NCBI RefSeq assembly: GCF_024502345.1
Contig: NZ_JALDNN010000001.1
Length of the DNA stretch: 64,000 nucleotides
Direction: 5' to 3' (one strand)
Origin: Escherichia coli
GTDB taxonomy: Bacteria > Pseudomonadota > Gammaproteobacteria > Enterobacterales > Enterobacteriaceae
The notes beneath the pieces were generated by a model. It worked only from the letters and a program-made list of their open reading frames with translations. It did no database searches and had not been told where the DNA came from. This document shows positions 9,283-19,841 of this stretch, piece by piece (positions within the stretch are counted from its first letter, which is position 1; each line of letters begins with the position of its first letter). The position numbers and the translations under genes are program-made.

Positions 9283-11385
9283 ATGAAGATTTTTTCCGTC
9301 CGACAGACCGTTTTGCCCGCACTGCTTGTCCTTTCCCCCGTTGTTTTTGCCGCTGATGAACAGACCATGATTGTCAGTGCCGCGCCGCAGGTGGTTTCAG
9401 AACTGGATACCCCTGCAGCAGTAAGCGTGGTGGATGGCGAGGAGATGCGCCTGGCAACACCGCGCATTAACTTGTCCGAATCACTGACCGGCGTGCCTGG
9501 TTTGCAGGTACAAAACCGGCAGAACTATGCGCAAGATTTACAGCTGTCGATTCGCGGATTTGGCTCCCGTTCCACTTACGGAATTCGCGGTATTCGCCTG
9601 TATGTGGACGGTATTCCCGCCACCATGCCCGACGGGCAAGGGCAAACATCCAACATCGATTTAAGCAGTGTGCAAAATGTGGAAGTGCTGCGTGGCCCCT
9701 TCTCTGCCCTGTATGGCAACGCGTCTGGCGGTGTAATGAATGTCACCACCCAGACCGGACAACAGCCACCAACCATTGAAGCCAGTAGTTACTACGGCAG
9801 TTTTGGCAGCTGGCGCTATGGGCTGAAAGCAACGGGCGCAACGGGAGACGGCACACAGCCCGGCGATGTCGATTACACTGTCTCAACCACGCGTTTTACG
9901 ACACACGGCTATCGTGACCATAGTGGCGCACAGAAAAATTTAGCCAATGCCAAACTGGGCGTACGCATTGATGAAGCCAGCAAATTAAGCCTGATTTTCA
10001 ATAGCGTGGATATCAAAGCAGATGACCCAGGTGGGCTAACCAAAGCAGAATGGAAGGCGAATCCACAACAAGCGCCTCGTGCAGAACAGTACGACACGCG
10101 AAAAACCATCAAGCAAACTCAGGCTGGGTTGCGCTATGAACGTAGCCTGAGTTCGCGGGATGATATGAGTATGATGATGTATGCCGGAGAGCGAGAAACG
10201 ACCCAGTACCAGTCAATACCCATGGCACCACAACTTAACCCGTCACATGCGGGCGGCGTGATTACCCTGCAACGCCATTACCAGGGAATAGACAGCCGCT
10301 GGACACACCGTGGTGAACTGGGCGTTCCGGTCACGTTCACTACCGGCCTGAACTACGAAAACATGAGTGAAAACCGCAAGGGCTACAATAACTTCCGCCT
10401 GAATAGCGGCATGCCGGAGTACGGGCAAAAAGGTGAGTTGCGTCGCGACGAACGCAATCTGATGTGGAACATCGATCCCTATTTACAGACGCAGTGGCAG
10501 CTGAGCGAAAAACTGTCGCTGGATGCTGGCGTGCGCTACAGCTCCGTGTGGTTTGATTCCAACGATTATTACGTTACTCCGGGTAACGGCGATGACAGCG
10601 GTGATGCCAGTTATCACAAATGGCTACCTGCCGGTTCGTTAAAATATGCAATGACCGATGCCTGGAATATCTATCTGGCAGCCGGGCGTGGTTTTGAAAC
10701 GCCGACGATTAATGAGCTGTCTTATCGTGCTGATGGGCAAAGCGGTATGAACTTTGGTTTAAAACCATCCACCAACGATACAATTGAGATCGGCAGTAAA
10801 ACGCGTATTGGTGATGGGCTGCTTAGTCTCGCATTGTTTCAGACCGACACCGATGATGAAATTGTTGTCGATAGCAGTAGCGGTGGGCGTACGACTTACA
10901 AAAATGCCGGAAAGACCCGTCGTCAAGGCGCTGAACTGGCATGGGATCAACGTTTCGCGGGAGATTTTCGCGTAAACGCGTCCTGGACCTGGCTTGATGC
11001 GACCTATCGCAGCAATGTTTGCAACGAACAGGATTGTAACGGTAATCGGATGCCAGGGATCGCCCGTAATATGGGCTTTGCGTCGATAGGTTATGTACCG
11101 GAAGATGGTTGGTATGCAGGCACGGAAGCGCGTTATATGGGCGATATTATGGCAGATGATGAAAATACGGCAAAAGCGCCGTCTTATACTCTCGTCGGCT
11201 TATTCACCGGGTATAAATACAATTACCACAATTTAACTGTGGATTTATTTGGTCGTGTCGATAATTTATTCGATAAAGAATACGTTGGTTCTGTCATTGT
11301 CAATGAGTCAAACGGGCGATATTACGAACCTGCGCCCGGACGAAATTATGGTGTCGGCATGAATATTGCGTGGAGATTTGAGTAA
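9283..11385 (+). CDS. yncD: TonB-dependent outer membrane receptor
   Basis: 700-aa ORF with signal peptide, plug and beta-barrel features, C-terminal aromatic residue (…AWRFE). Confidence 0.9.
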   Translation: MKIFSVRQTVLPALLVLSPVVFAADEQTMIVSAAPQVVSELDTPAAVSVVDGEEMRLATPRINLSESLTGVPGLQVQNRQNYAQDLQLSIRGFGSRSTYGIRGIRLYVDGIPATMPDGQGQTSNIDLSSVQNVEVLRGPFSALYGNASGGVMNVTTQTGQQPPTIEASSYYGSFGSWRYGLKATGATGDGTQPGDVDYTVSTTRFTTHGYRDHSGAQKNLANAKLGVRIDEASKLSLIFNSVDIKADDPGGLTKAEWKANPQQAPRAEQYDTRKTIKQTQAGLRYERSLSSRDDMSMMMYAGERETTQYQSIPMAPQLNPSHAGGVITLQRHYQGIDSRWTHRGELGVPVTFTTGLNYENMSENRKGYNNFRLNSGMPEYGQKGELRRDERNLMWNIDPYLQTQWQLSEKLSLDAGVRYSSVWFDSNDYYVTPGNGDDSGDASYHKWLPAGSLKYAMTDAWNIYLAAGRGFETPTINELSYRADGQSGMNFGLKPSTNDTIEIGSKTRIGDGLLSLALFQTDTDDEIVVDSSSGGRTTYKNAGKTRRQGAELAWDQRFAGDFRVNASWTWLDATYRSNVCNEQDCNGNRMPGIARNMGFASIGYVPEDGWYAGTEARYMGDIMADDENTAKAPSYTLVGLFTGYKYNYHNLTVDLFGRVDNLFDKEYVGSVIVNESNGRYYEPAPGRNYGVGMNIAWRFE

Positions 11386-11393
11386 TTACCTTG

Positions 11394-11420
11394 AGGCCCG
11401 GTATTTGCCGGGCATTTACT
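11394..11420. terminator. Hairpin between convergent yncD and mcbR
   Basis: GCCCGG/CCGGGC stem with 6-nt loop followed by ATTT. Confidence 0.4.
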
Positions 11421-12086
11421 TTAACGATTGTATTGCTGGTATAAAATAGCAATATTTTGTTGCATAATTTCAGCAAGACAATGTCTGCATCCCTCTTTGT
11501 CTTTTGCTTTTAACGCAGCGAGTAACAGATGATAGTTTTCTATATGCTCCCGTAATTCCGCTGGATTAATCGCTTCATAGAGATAATGTAAACCAGGCCC
11601 CATCCTGACCCACAGTTGCTCAATCATCTCACACAGGATGGGCATATTCGAGCGATGATAAATCGCTAAGCGAAATAGCCTGTTTACATTAATGATTTGT
11701 TCCATGTCGCCCTTTTCTTGCGCCTGCTGTAATTTCTCGAGCAATTCCTGGAGTTCCGCCAGGTCTGGCGGGGTGAGGTTTTCAACAGCCAGAGTAACTG
11801 CCATTAATTCCAGTTCGTAGCGGATCCGATTGATTTCGTCTAATTGACGTTTCCCCACTTCCGGAACTGTAAATGCTTGCGCTGGTGCGACAGAAAGCGC
11901 ATTCACCGAAACCAGACGTAATAATGCTTCACGCACAGGTGTAAAACTCATACCTAATTGCTCCGCCAGATTTTTAGTAATCAGGCGTGCGCCAGGTTTT
12001 AGTGCGCCAATACTAAGCTGATGTTTCAGGTCGTTCTCAACCTGCAGAGTCAAACTGACATGTTTCATTTTTTCCGTTCCAGGCAT
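11421..12086 (-). CDS. mcbR: GntR-family transcriptional regulator McbR (YncC)
   Basis: ORF with N-terminal HTH (GntR-like) and FCD-like C-terminus; start taken at MPGTEK (221 aa). Confidence 0.8.
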   Translation of the reverse strand: MPGTEKMKHVSLTLQVENDLKHQLSIGALKPGARLITKNLAEQLGMSFTPVREALLRLVSVNALSVAPAQAFTVPEVGKRQLDEINRIRYELELMAVTLAVENLTPPDLAELQELLEKLQQAQEKGDMEQIINVNRLFRLAIYHRSNMPILCEMIEQLWVRMGPGLHYLYEAINPAELREHIENYHLLLAALKAKDKEGCRHCLAEIMQQNIAILYQQYNR

Positions 12087-12283
12087 TTTAATTCCTTCGC
12101 GTGTTTTCTGTCCAACCCTGCCTGCATGGCAGAAGGAATTCACCTGGTGTATTAAAGTGAATAATCATAAACCACTCACCTTTGTTGTTATTAACAGCAG
12201 AACAATGATGTGGTTAGTTAATTAAAGCTGAAAATAAGCTTTTTGCCTGGATTTTTATGGCGGCTTATGCCGCCGTTGAAACT

Positions 12284-13321
12284 TTAATCATCACCCGCCA
12301 CGCGGATCACCACTTTGCCGAAGTTTTTACCCTTCAGCAGGCCGATAAACGTCTGTGGCGCATTCTCTAAACCGTCAGTAATTTCTTCTCGGTAGTGGAT
12401 TTTATCCTCTTTCACCCATTGCCCCATCTCCTTCTGAAACTCATGGATGCGGTGACCATAATCCTGAGCGATAATAAACCCTTGCAAGCGAATACGTTTT
12501 TTCAGCACCGTTGCCATCAACAGGGGTAAACGATCCGGACCGGGTGGTAGCTCTGTAGCGTTATAGCTGCTCACTAAGCCACAAACGGGAATGCGCGCAG
12601 ATGTATTAAGTAATGGTAGCACTGCATCAAATACCTTACCGCCCACGTTTTCATAATAGATATCAATACCTTTTGGGCACGCTTTCGCCAGTTGTTCGGC
12701 AAAATCGTCCGCGTGGTGATCAAGGCAAACATCGAAGCCTAACACCTCGGTAGCATGGCGGCATTTTTCCGCGCCACCGGCTACCCCCACCACTCTGCAA
12801 CCTTTAAGTTTGCCGATTTGCCCCACCGTCGCCCCCACTGGTCCTGTCGCCGCAGCTACCACCAACGTTTCGCCCTCTTTAGGCTGACCGATATCCAGCA
12901 GCCCCATATAAGCGGTAAAGCCTGGCATCCCCAGCACACCCAGCGACCACGATGGATTTTGCGGATGATCGCCAAGTTTCACCAGATCATCACCACTGGA
13001 TATGTCATAGTCCTGCCATCCACTGTAGCCCAGCACCCAGTCGCCAGGCTGATAATCAGGATGATTCGACTCCACGACACGGCTCACCGTACCGCCGACC
13101 ATCACGCCGCCAATATCAACCGGCGGTGAATAAGATGGCTCATCGCTCATACGTCCACGCATATACGGGTCCAGGGACAAATAAACTGTGCGCAGTAACA
13201 CCTGTCCTTCACCCGGTGTGGCGACATCATCTTCTTCAAGACGGAAATTCTCCGGAACCGGTGCGCCATGCGGACGCGAGGCCAGAACCCAACGTCGATT
13301 ACGCTGCTTTTGTTGCCCCAT
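12284..13321 (-). CDS. curA: NADPH-dependent curcumin/dihydrocurcumin reductase (MDR family)
   Basis: Medium-chain dehydrogenase/reductase fold with GxGxxG (AAATGPVGATVGQ); start taken at MGQQKQ (345 aa). Confidence 0.85.
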   Translation of the reverse strand: MGQQKQRNRRWVLASRPHGAPVPENFRLEEDDVATPGEGQVLLRTVYLSLDPYMRGRMSDEPSYSPPVDIGGVMVGGTVSRVVESNHPDYQPGDWVLGYSGWQDYDISSGDDLVKLGDHPQNPSWSLGVLGMPGFTAYMGLLDIGQPKEGETLVVAAATGPVGATVGQIGKLKGCRVVGVAGGAEKCRHATEVLGFDVCLDHHADDFAEQLAKACPKGIDIYYENVGGKVFDAVLPLLNTSARIPVCGLVSSYNATELPPGPDRLPLLMATVLKKRIRLQGFIIAQDYGHRIHEFQKEMGQWVKEDKIHYREEITDGLENAPQTFIGLLKGKNFGKVVIRVAGDD

Positions 13322-13501
13322 AATGCTCTCCTGTGCTTTTGGCATGAATCCATCAATAGTAGCAGGCTCACGGGATTGGTTTTGTTTGCAGCCGTCACAT
13401 CCCCTCTGCAACACGCAATAATTTCATCGAGGAATCCGTTGCTTCGGGCTGTTTTCGATAGTATTGATAACATCATCATCATTATTTTATTGAGGCCAGA
13501 C

Positions 13502-14020
13502 ATGTCCATCCGTTTTGCCCGCAAAGCCGACTGTGCTGCCATTGCGGAAATTTATAACCACGCCGTGTTGTATACGGCGGCTATCTGGAATGACCAAACG
13601 GTGGATGCAGATAACCGCATTGCCTGGTTTGAAGCGCGGACCATAGCAGGTTATCCGGTGCTGGTAAGTGAAGAAGATGGCGTAGTGACGGGATATGCCT
13701 CATTTGGCGACTGGCGTAGTTTCGATGGTTTTCGCCATACCGTGGAACATTCGGTTTATGTCCATCCCGATCATCAGGGCAAAGGTCTGGGGCGTAAATT
13801 GTTAAGCCGATTGATTGATGAAGCGCGGGATTGCGGGAAGCATGTCATGGTCGCCGGGATCGAATCGCAAAATCAGGCCTCGCTGCATCTGCACCAGTCG
13901 CTGGGATTTGTCGTCACCGCACAAATGCCGCAGGTGGGCACTAAATTTGGGCGCTGGCTGGATCTGACATTTATGCAGTTGCAACTCGACGAACGCACTG
14001 AACCGGACGCGATTGGATGA
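13502..14020 (+). CDS. mnaT: GNAT N-acyltransferase (methionine derivative N-acetyltransferase)
   Basis: 172-aa GNAT-like ORF from ATG 13502; the longer track ORF (13268) overlaps the curA start and is rejected. Confidence 0.85.
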   Translation: MSIRFARKADCAAIAEIYNHAVLYTAAIWNDQTVDADNRIAWFEARTIAGYPVLVSEEDGVVTGYASFGDWRSFDGFRHTVEHSVYVHPDHQGKGLGRKLLSRLIDEARDCGKHVMVAGIESQNQASLHLHQSLGFVVTAQMPQVGTKFGRWLDLTFMQLQLDERTEPDAIG

Positions 14021-14466
14021 ATCAGTCGCTCACCCTTGCCTTTTTGATTGCCGCCGGAATTGGTCTGGTAGTCCAGAACACGCTGATGGTGCGCATCACC
14101 CAGACCTCCTCTATCATTCTCATCGCCATGTTGCTGAACTCACTGGTGGGGATTGTGCTCTTTGTTTCTATTTTATGGTTTAAACAAGGTATGGCGGGGT
14201 TTGGCGAACTGGTGTCCAGCGTGCGCTGGTGGACACTTATACCTGGCTTGCTGGGATCGTTTTTTGTCTTCGCCAGTATCAGCGGATATCAGAATGTGGG
14301 AGCGGCGACAACTATTGCAGTACTGGTCGCCAGCCAGCTGATTGGCGGTCTGGTTCTGGATATCTTCCGCAGTCATGGCGTACCACTACGGGCGTTGTTC
14401 GGCCCAATTTGTGGCGCAATTTTACTTGTGGTTGGCGCCTGGTTGGTAGCCAGACGCTCATTTTAA
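14017..14466 (+). CDS. ydcZ: Inner membrane protein YdcZ (DMT-like)
   Basis: 149-aa hydrophobic ORF, 4-bp overlap with mnaT. Confidence 0.85.
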   Translation: MNQSLTLAFLIAAGIGLVVQNTLMVRITQTSSIILIAMLLNSLVGIVLFVSILWFKQGMAGFGELVSSVRWWTLIPGLLGSFFVFASISGYQNVGAATTIAVLVASQLIGGLVLDIFRSHGVPLRALFGPICGAILLVVGAWLVARRSF

Positions 14467-14700
14467 TCACAGGATGGTGCCGCCTTTGGTTAACTGTTCA
14501 TGGCGCGCTTCCATATCTTCTTTATGCTTGCGACCGTGATGAGCAATAGCGGTGCGCAAACGCTGCTGCTGGGTGTAGCGATCTTCCCGACTTAACTCCG
14601 CGTCATCGCTCAGGGCGATTAATAATTCGTTCATATGGGCAATGACGCTCTCTTCAATCGCGGCATCCACGCGCGCGATGACTTCATCCAGATGCGACAT
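14467..14700 (-). CDS. ydcY: Small protein YdcY
   Basis: 77-aa ORF, conserved position. Confidence 0.75.
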   Translation of the reverse strand: MSHLDEVIARVDAAIEESVIAHMNELLIALSDDAELSREDRYTQQQRLRTAIAHHGRKHKEDMEARHEQLTKGGTIL

Positions 14701-14785
14701 ACTTTCTCCTTAGCCACTTGTGAAATTTATCGATTCATCCAAATGATATAAGTCTGCGTGGTGCCGTCAAGCCAGTGAGTAAGAT

Positions 14786-14959
14786 TTAAAACAGTGAAAA
14801 CAACAGCGCCACCGGGAAACTCATCGGCCATGTGGCCCCCACCAGAAAGGCGCTTAAGAAACGGATGCGTTTCTTATCGTGAGAAAGAAACCAGGTGATA
14901 AGAAATGCGATTGCTGCCATAACCGCATAAAAAACAAGCATGTGTTGATAGAGAGACAT
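14786..14959 (-). CDS. ortT: Orphan membrane toxin OrtT (YdcX), GhoT-like
   Basis: 57-aa two-helix hydrophobic peptide MSLYQHMLVFYAVMAAIAFLITWFLSHDKK…. Confidence 0.75.
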   Translation of the reverse strand: MSLYQHMLVFYAVMAAIAFLITWFLSHDKKRIRFLSAFLVGATWPMSFPVALLFSLF

Positions 14960-15153
14960 GTACGGGCGTCCAGCCAGATGAATAAAACGCGCGCAAATAT
15001 GCGTCATTTTTTGACGTGCATCAAGTTTTTTCACCAGTTAGAGAAAAAATCATCAAACAGCAACTTGCCCTTATCCATCTTCAGAATGAGTATTATTGCG
15101 GATTTTCTTAACCCGTACTATACACATAGGGGCAATGATAAAAGGTGGCAAAA

Positions 15154-15249
15154 ATGAATGTTTCCAGTAGAACTGTAGTACTGATAAATGTCTTTGCTGC
15201 TGTTGGTTTGTTTACTCTTATCTCTATGAGATTTGGCTGGTTTATTTGA
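15154..15249 (+). CDS. yncL: Small membrane protein YncL (31 aa)
   Basis: ATG 15154; translates MNVSSRTVVLINVFAAVGLFTLISMRFGWFI; too short for the ORF track. Confidence 0.6.
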   Translation: MNVSSRTVVLINVFAAVGLFTLISMRFGWFI

Positions 15250-15271
15250 TGTAGTGATTTTGCACGCAGCA

Positions 15272-15306
15272 CGTACTGTCAGAGAAATCAACTCTCTGAC
15301 AGTACG
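15272..15306. terminator. 13-bp perfect-stem hairpin downstream of yncL
   Basis: CGTACTGTCAGAG-(9-nt loop)-CTCTGACAGTACG, 23 nt after yncL stop; no clear T-tract. Confidence 0.35.
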
Positions 15307-15650
15307 CAAGATCTTCTCATACTCTCCAGGTTTACAACATTATCCTTAATATTTACTTCTTTTTGCTGGCATCTACATTGAAATGAGTAGAAAACATCCC
15401 CCTACTGTCGTCTATACAAACAGCTTACTGATTCAAAGGGAATCTTGTTTTCACATTTTTCTATCATGAATACTTTATACGCGCGGGAGTCTATAAATGC
15501 TTTATACTTTCAAGGAATAACGCAAATATAAAAAGATGGCGTAAAGTATATGCATGGCAGGATGTTTGCAACCTCCTTCATGACGCTGCCCCATTGAAAT
15601 TGCAAACCCCGCCCTGGTTATCTTGCCCATTTATCATGCAAAACAGATAA

Positions 15651-16460
15651 TTATAGGCCTCTGAATACCTCAGAAAGATTGAATTTTTTATAGTCCCTCT
15701 CTTGAATATTTCCATTTGAAATCAATCGATTCATCTCTTCAACAAAATAATTTATATCATCACACTTGTTATTATCCGGAAGATCTGAGTAGTTATAATT
15801 CCACCATTTTATTCTCAACAGTTCATCAATAACATTTGAATCAAACCTAAATCTGATTATTTTTGCAGGAACTCCTGCAACTATGGCATATGGGGGCACA
15901 TCTTTGGTAACAACGGAATTGGCAGCAATAACAGCACCATCACCTATTGTGATGCCACCTTTCAATACAACATCATTTCCTATCCAGACATCATTTCCTA
16001 TAATCGGATTTTCAGGTTTTGTAATGAATGGTTTCAATGTCCAGCTACGTTCAAACTCACTCATAGCAAACTTATCAAATTCACCGTTATAAGTCATCAT
16101 GTGAGTAGTAAAACGATTCAAAGAATGATTTCCACCCATTATTTTTACATTTGATGCAATACTACAAAATCGACCTATACGTATATTCCCTGAAAAATGA
16201 CAGGTCGGAAATGAAAAAGCGCCGACACTGGAGAAATTTTTTACAGGCATTGTTGAATATTCTTCAGCAATAACATTATCTTCAATTGTTATCTTGTCAC
16301 CTTTTGAGAAAAGAAATAAATTCCTTTCTTTATACGACTTCTTCCCCTTATGATTTAAAAAGATTTTATTATCCATACAAAACTCAAAGTGTTTTTTCGT
16401 CCATCTGAAGGTAAGGGGTTTATTTTTATCTTCCGTGAATTTGTACAATTGAACTTTCAT
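15651..16460 (-). CDS. Hexapeptide-repeat (left-handed beta-helix) acetyltransferase, Vat/CatB-like xenobiotic acetyltransferase family, with N- and C-terminal extensions
   Basis: 269-aa ORF; motif …IIGNDVWIGNDVVLKGGITIGDGAVIAANSVVTKDVPPYAIVAGVPAKIIRFRF… typical of streptogramin/chloramphenicol acetyltransferases; gene and flanks are markedly AT-rich relative to neighbours. Confidence 0.75.
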   Translation of the reverse strand: MKVQLYKFTEDKNKPLTFRWTKKHFEFCMDNKIFLNHKGKKSYKERNLFLFSKGDKITIEDNVIAEEYSTMPVKNFSSVGAFSFPTCHFSGNIRIGRFCSIASNVKIMGGNHSLNRFTTHMMTYNGEFDKFAMSEFERSWTLKPFITKPENPIIGNDVWIGNDVVLKGGITIGDGAVIAANSVVTKDVPPYAIVAGVPAKIIRFRFDSNVIDELLRIKWWNYNYSDLPDNNKCDDINYFVEEMNRLISNGNIQERDYKKFNLSEVFRGL

Positions 16461-16669
16461 TGTTAATACTTCTACTTATAAAGTATTAGTTTAATAACGA
16501 TACTCTAAAGCCTTATGCTAATCAACTGTGACAGGATGAAAAATCGCCATCAAACATTTAGCCTAATTTTTACGCTAGTTATTAATGTAATCATTCTAAT
16601 ACTTAACCGCCATTAAACTCAGAACCGAAAACGATAGTGGCCGTCCTATAACAGCCACTAACATCTAAC

Positions 16670-18094
16670 TTAATGTTTAACCATGACGTGGCGGACGACG
16701 GTGTAATCCTCCAGCCCATAAAGTGACATATCCTTGCCGTAACCAGAAAGTTTCTGCCCACCGTGCGGCATTTCACTTACCAGCATGAAATGGGTATTGA
16801 CCCAGGTACAACCATATTGCAGTCGTGCGCTGACGCGATGCGCCCTGCCCACATCTTTCGTCCATACCGAAGATGCAAGTCCGTACTGGCTGTCATTCGC
16901 CCAGTTCACCACCTGTTCTTCGTTGTCGAAGAGCGTAACACTCACTACTGGACCAAATACCTCTTTTTGCACGATGGCATCGTCCTGTAATGCGCCAGCC
17001 AGCAGCGTCGGCTCATAGTAATAGCCATTACCCTTGCGCTTTTCACCGCCAGTGATCACTTTGATGTGCCCTGTCGCTTTCGCCTCTTCTACTGCCTTGC
17101 TGACGCGTTCGAGATGCGCCAGCGAGCTTAAAGGTCCAAGCTCCGTAGACTCGTCATCCGGCGCACCAGATTTTAACGTTGCCACTGCAGCACCGAGTTT
17201 TTCCACCAACGTATCGTAAATGCCTTTTTGCGCGTAGATCCGACAAGCCGCAGTACAATCCTGTCCGGCATTGTAATAGCCAAATGTACGTACACCTTCG
17301 ACCACTGCTTCAATATCCGCATCATCAAAAACAATCACTGGCGCTTTGCCACCAAGTTCCATATGAGTTCGCTTAATGGACGGCGCGGTATGGCTGATGA
17401 TGTGCTCGCCGGTGGCGATAGAGCCCGTCAGCGACACCATCCGCACTTTGGGATGACCGGTCAGCGGATCGCCCACCGTTTTGCCTCTGCCAAACAGCAC
17501 ATTAATCACGCCTGCCGGGAAGATATCTTTCGCCAGCCCTGCCAACTTCAACGCGGTCAGCGGGGTAATTTCTGATGGTTTAAGCACTACGCAGTTCCCT
17601 GCCGCCAGCGCCGGAGCAAGTTTCCACGCTGCCATCATCAGCGGATAATTCCACGGTGCGATAGAAGCCACGACCCCCAACGGATCGCGACGGATCATCG
17701 AAGTATGACCTTCAAGATATTCACCTGCCGCCAGACCATTCAGACAGCGCGCCGCACCCGCGAAAAAGCGAAAAACATCGACAATCGCCGGGATTTCATC
17801 ATTGAACGCACTATGCAGCGGTTTGCCACAATTACGGGACTCCAGTTCGGCAAAAACCTGACCATTTTCTTCGATTACATCAGCCAGTTTCAGCAGACAT
17901 TCCGCACGCACTTTCGGCGTGGTTTGCCCCCATTCGGCAAATGCTGCATCTGCCGCGCGCACAGCAGCATCGACCTGCTCTGCGGATGCCTCGGCAATCT
18001 CCAGTAAAACGTCCCCCGTTGCCGGACTATAGACAGGCTGTTTTTCCCCTTCGCCGCTAACCAGTTCTCCGTTAATCAGTAACTTATGTTGCAT
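16670..18094 (-). CDS. patD: Gamma-aminobutyraldehyde dehydrogenase
   Basis: 474-aa aldehyde dehydrogenase ORF; conserved position. Confidence 0.9.
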   Translation of the reverse strand: MQHKLLINGELVSGEGEKQPVYSPATGDVLLEIAEASAEQVDAAVRAADAAFAEWGQTTPKVRAECLLKLADVIEENGQVFAELESRNCGKPLHSAFNDEIPAIVDVFRFFAGAARCLNGLAAGEYLEGHTSMIRRDPLGVVASIAPWNYPLMMAAWKLAPALAAGNCVVLKPSEITPLTALKLAGLAKDIFPAGVINVLFGRGKTVGDPLTGHPKVRMVSLTGSIATGEHIISHTAPSIKRTHMELGGKAPVIVFDDADIEAVVEGVRTFGYYNAGQDCTAACRIYAQKGIYDTLVEKLGAAVATLKSGAPDDESTELGPLSSLAHLERVSKAVEEAKATGHIKVITGGEKRKGNGYYYEPTLLAGALQDDAIVQKEVFGPVVSVTLFDNEEQVVNWANDSQYGLASSVWTKDVGRAHRVSARLQYGCTWVNTHFMLVSEMPHGGQKLSGYGKDMSLYGLEDYTVVRHVMVKH

Positions 18095-18115
18095 AGCATA
18101 TTCCTGTATCAGTGG

Positions 18116-18910
18116 TTATTGACCATTGTCGCCTTCGCGGGTTAGCCACCAGGCCCCCAGGATCGGCAAGGTTGTTACCAACATAACCAGCAGTGCCACC
18201 ACGTTAGTTACCGGTACATCACGCGGTCGCCCAAGCTGATTGAGCAACCACAACGGTAACGTTCGTTCATGACCTGCCGTAAAGGTCGTAACGATGATTT
18301 CATCGAACGACAAGGCAAACGCCAGCATTCCTCCTGCCAGTAACGCCGAACTGAGATTCGGCAACACTACGTAGCGGAAGGTTTGCCAGCCATTGGCCCC
18401 AAGATCCATTGACGCCTCAACCAGACTCCATGAGGTGCGGCGAAAACGGGCGATGACATTGTTAAACACCACAACTACACAAAAAGTCGCATGACCGACC
18501 ACGATGGTGAAAAATCCCGGCTCCAGATTGATGGTTTTAAAGGCGGTTAATAACGCCAGACCAGTGACAATGCCCGGCAGCGCAATGGGCAGCAGCAGTA
18601 ACAGCGAAATGGCGTTTTTGCCGAAAAAGTCTCGTCGCCACAGCGCGCCAGCTGCCAGCGTCCCTAACACCAGCGCCATTAATGTCGCCAGCGCCGCCAC
18701 TTTAAGTGACAGTGTCACGGCATCAAGAATATCACTACGCTGTGCTGCCACGCTAAACCAGCGCAGCGTCAGGCCCTGCGGTGGAAAACTAAACGCCGCA
18801 TCTTCAGTGTTAAACGCATAGGCGGCGATTATCAGGATGGGAAAATGTAGGAAAACAACGCCGCCCCAGGCCGCCAGTTTGAGGAAAAACGGTGCGCGTT
18901 CAGAGTGCAT
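18116..18910 (-). CDS. ydcV: ABC transporter permease
   Basis: 264-aa membrane ORF in four-gene ABC operon. Confidence 0.9.
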   Translation of the reverse strand: MHSERAPFFLKLAAWGGVVFLHFPILIIAAYAFNTEDAAFSFPPQGLTLRWFSVAAQRSDILDAVTLSLKVAALATLMALVLGTLAAGALWRRDFFGKNAISLLLLLPIALPGIVTGLALLTAFKTINLEPGFFTIVVGHATFCVVVVFNNVIARFRRTSWSLVEASMDLGANGWQTFRYVVLPNLSSALLAGGMLAFALSFDEIIVTTFTAGHERTLPLWLLNQLGRPRDVPVTNVVALLVMLVTTLPILGAWWLTREGDNGQ

Positions 18911-19841
18911 CGAACGCTCCCAGACGTTTCACGAACGCCAGGTACAGTGCGATGAGAACAATCGGCACCAGGGTGAATGCCGCCGCCATCGGCATATTGC
19001 CAATCGCCCCCTGCTGGGAATAAACCATATTGCCGATAAAATATCCTGGCGGGCCAACCAGCTGCGGGACGATAAAATCGCCCAGTGTGAGTGAGAAGGT
19101 AAAGATAGAGCCAGCGGCAATGCCCGGGATCGCCAGCGGCAGCACCACATAGCGAAAGGTTTGTCGTGGACGTGCGCCGAGATCAGCCGACGCCTGCAAC
19201 AATGACGGCGGCAAACGCTCAAGCGCCGCCTGCACGGGCAGGATCATGAACGGCAGCCAGATATAGAGAAACACCAGAAAGCGCCCCAGCCCGGAAGTTG
19301 ACAGCGTATTGCCGCCCACCGCAGGTAATGTAAGGAACGCAGTCAGCAGTGGTTCCAGCCCAAGATGTTGTAAAAACCACTGAGCCACGCCATCTTTTGC
19401 CAGCAATAACGTCCAGGCATAGGCTTTAACAATGTAGCTCGCCCACATCGGCAACATTACCGCAATATAAAAAAACGCTTTCATTTTCCCGCTGGTATAG
19501 CGCGCCATATACCACGCCATTGGAAAAGCCAGAATGGCGCTGGCGATAGTGACTGCCACAGCCATAGTCAGCGTGCGGAGAATGATGTCGTAATTTGCCG
19601 GATTAAACAGCGCACGGATGTTCGCCAGCGTCCGTTCCGGCGTTACCGACATGGTGAAATCGTCAAAGGTATAAAAGCCCTGCCATAACAGCGTTAGCAG
19701 CGAGCCGAAATAGACAATGCCAAACCACATTAGCGGGCCAAGCAGCAGCAAAAACAGCCCCAGCCCCGGATTCCGCCAGAAGAAACCGGACACCTTACCC
19801 AGACCTGGACGTGAAGGTGATTGCAATACGTTCATCGCCAT
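18900..19841 (-). CDS. ydcU: ABC transporter permease
   Basis: 313-aa membrane ORF overlapping ydcV. Confidence 0.9.
   Translation of the reverse strand: MAMNVLQSPSRPGLGKVSGFFWRNPGLGLFLLLLGPLMWFGIVYFGSLLTLLWQGFYTFDDFTMSVTPERTLANIRALFNPANYDIILRTLTMAVAVTIASAILAFPMAWYMARYTSGKMKAFFYIAVMLPMWASYIVKAYAWTLLLAKDGVAQWFLQHLGLEPLLTAFLTLPAVGGNTLSTSGLGRFLVFLYIWLPFMILPVQAALERLPPSLLQASADLGARPRQTFRYVVLPLAIPGIAAGSIFTFSLTLGDFIVPQLVGPPGYFIGNMVYSQQGAIGNMPMAAAFTLVPIVLIALYLAFVKRLGAFDAL

Noticed and set aside
13268-14020. 250-aa track ORF as the mnaT coding region
   Set aside because: Its 5' extension overlaps the curA start and promoter on the opposite strand; the conserved GNAT protein starts at ATG 13502 (MSIRFARKADC…).
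15250-16669. The low-GC islet as a multi-gene defence or resistance cassette
   Set aside because: Only one ORF of 60 aa or more is present; the flanks are ORF-free and AT-rich without recognisable partner genes, so at most a single-gene determinant is supported.
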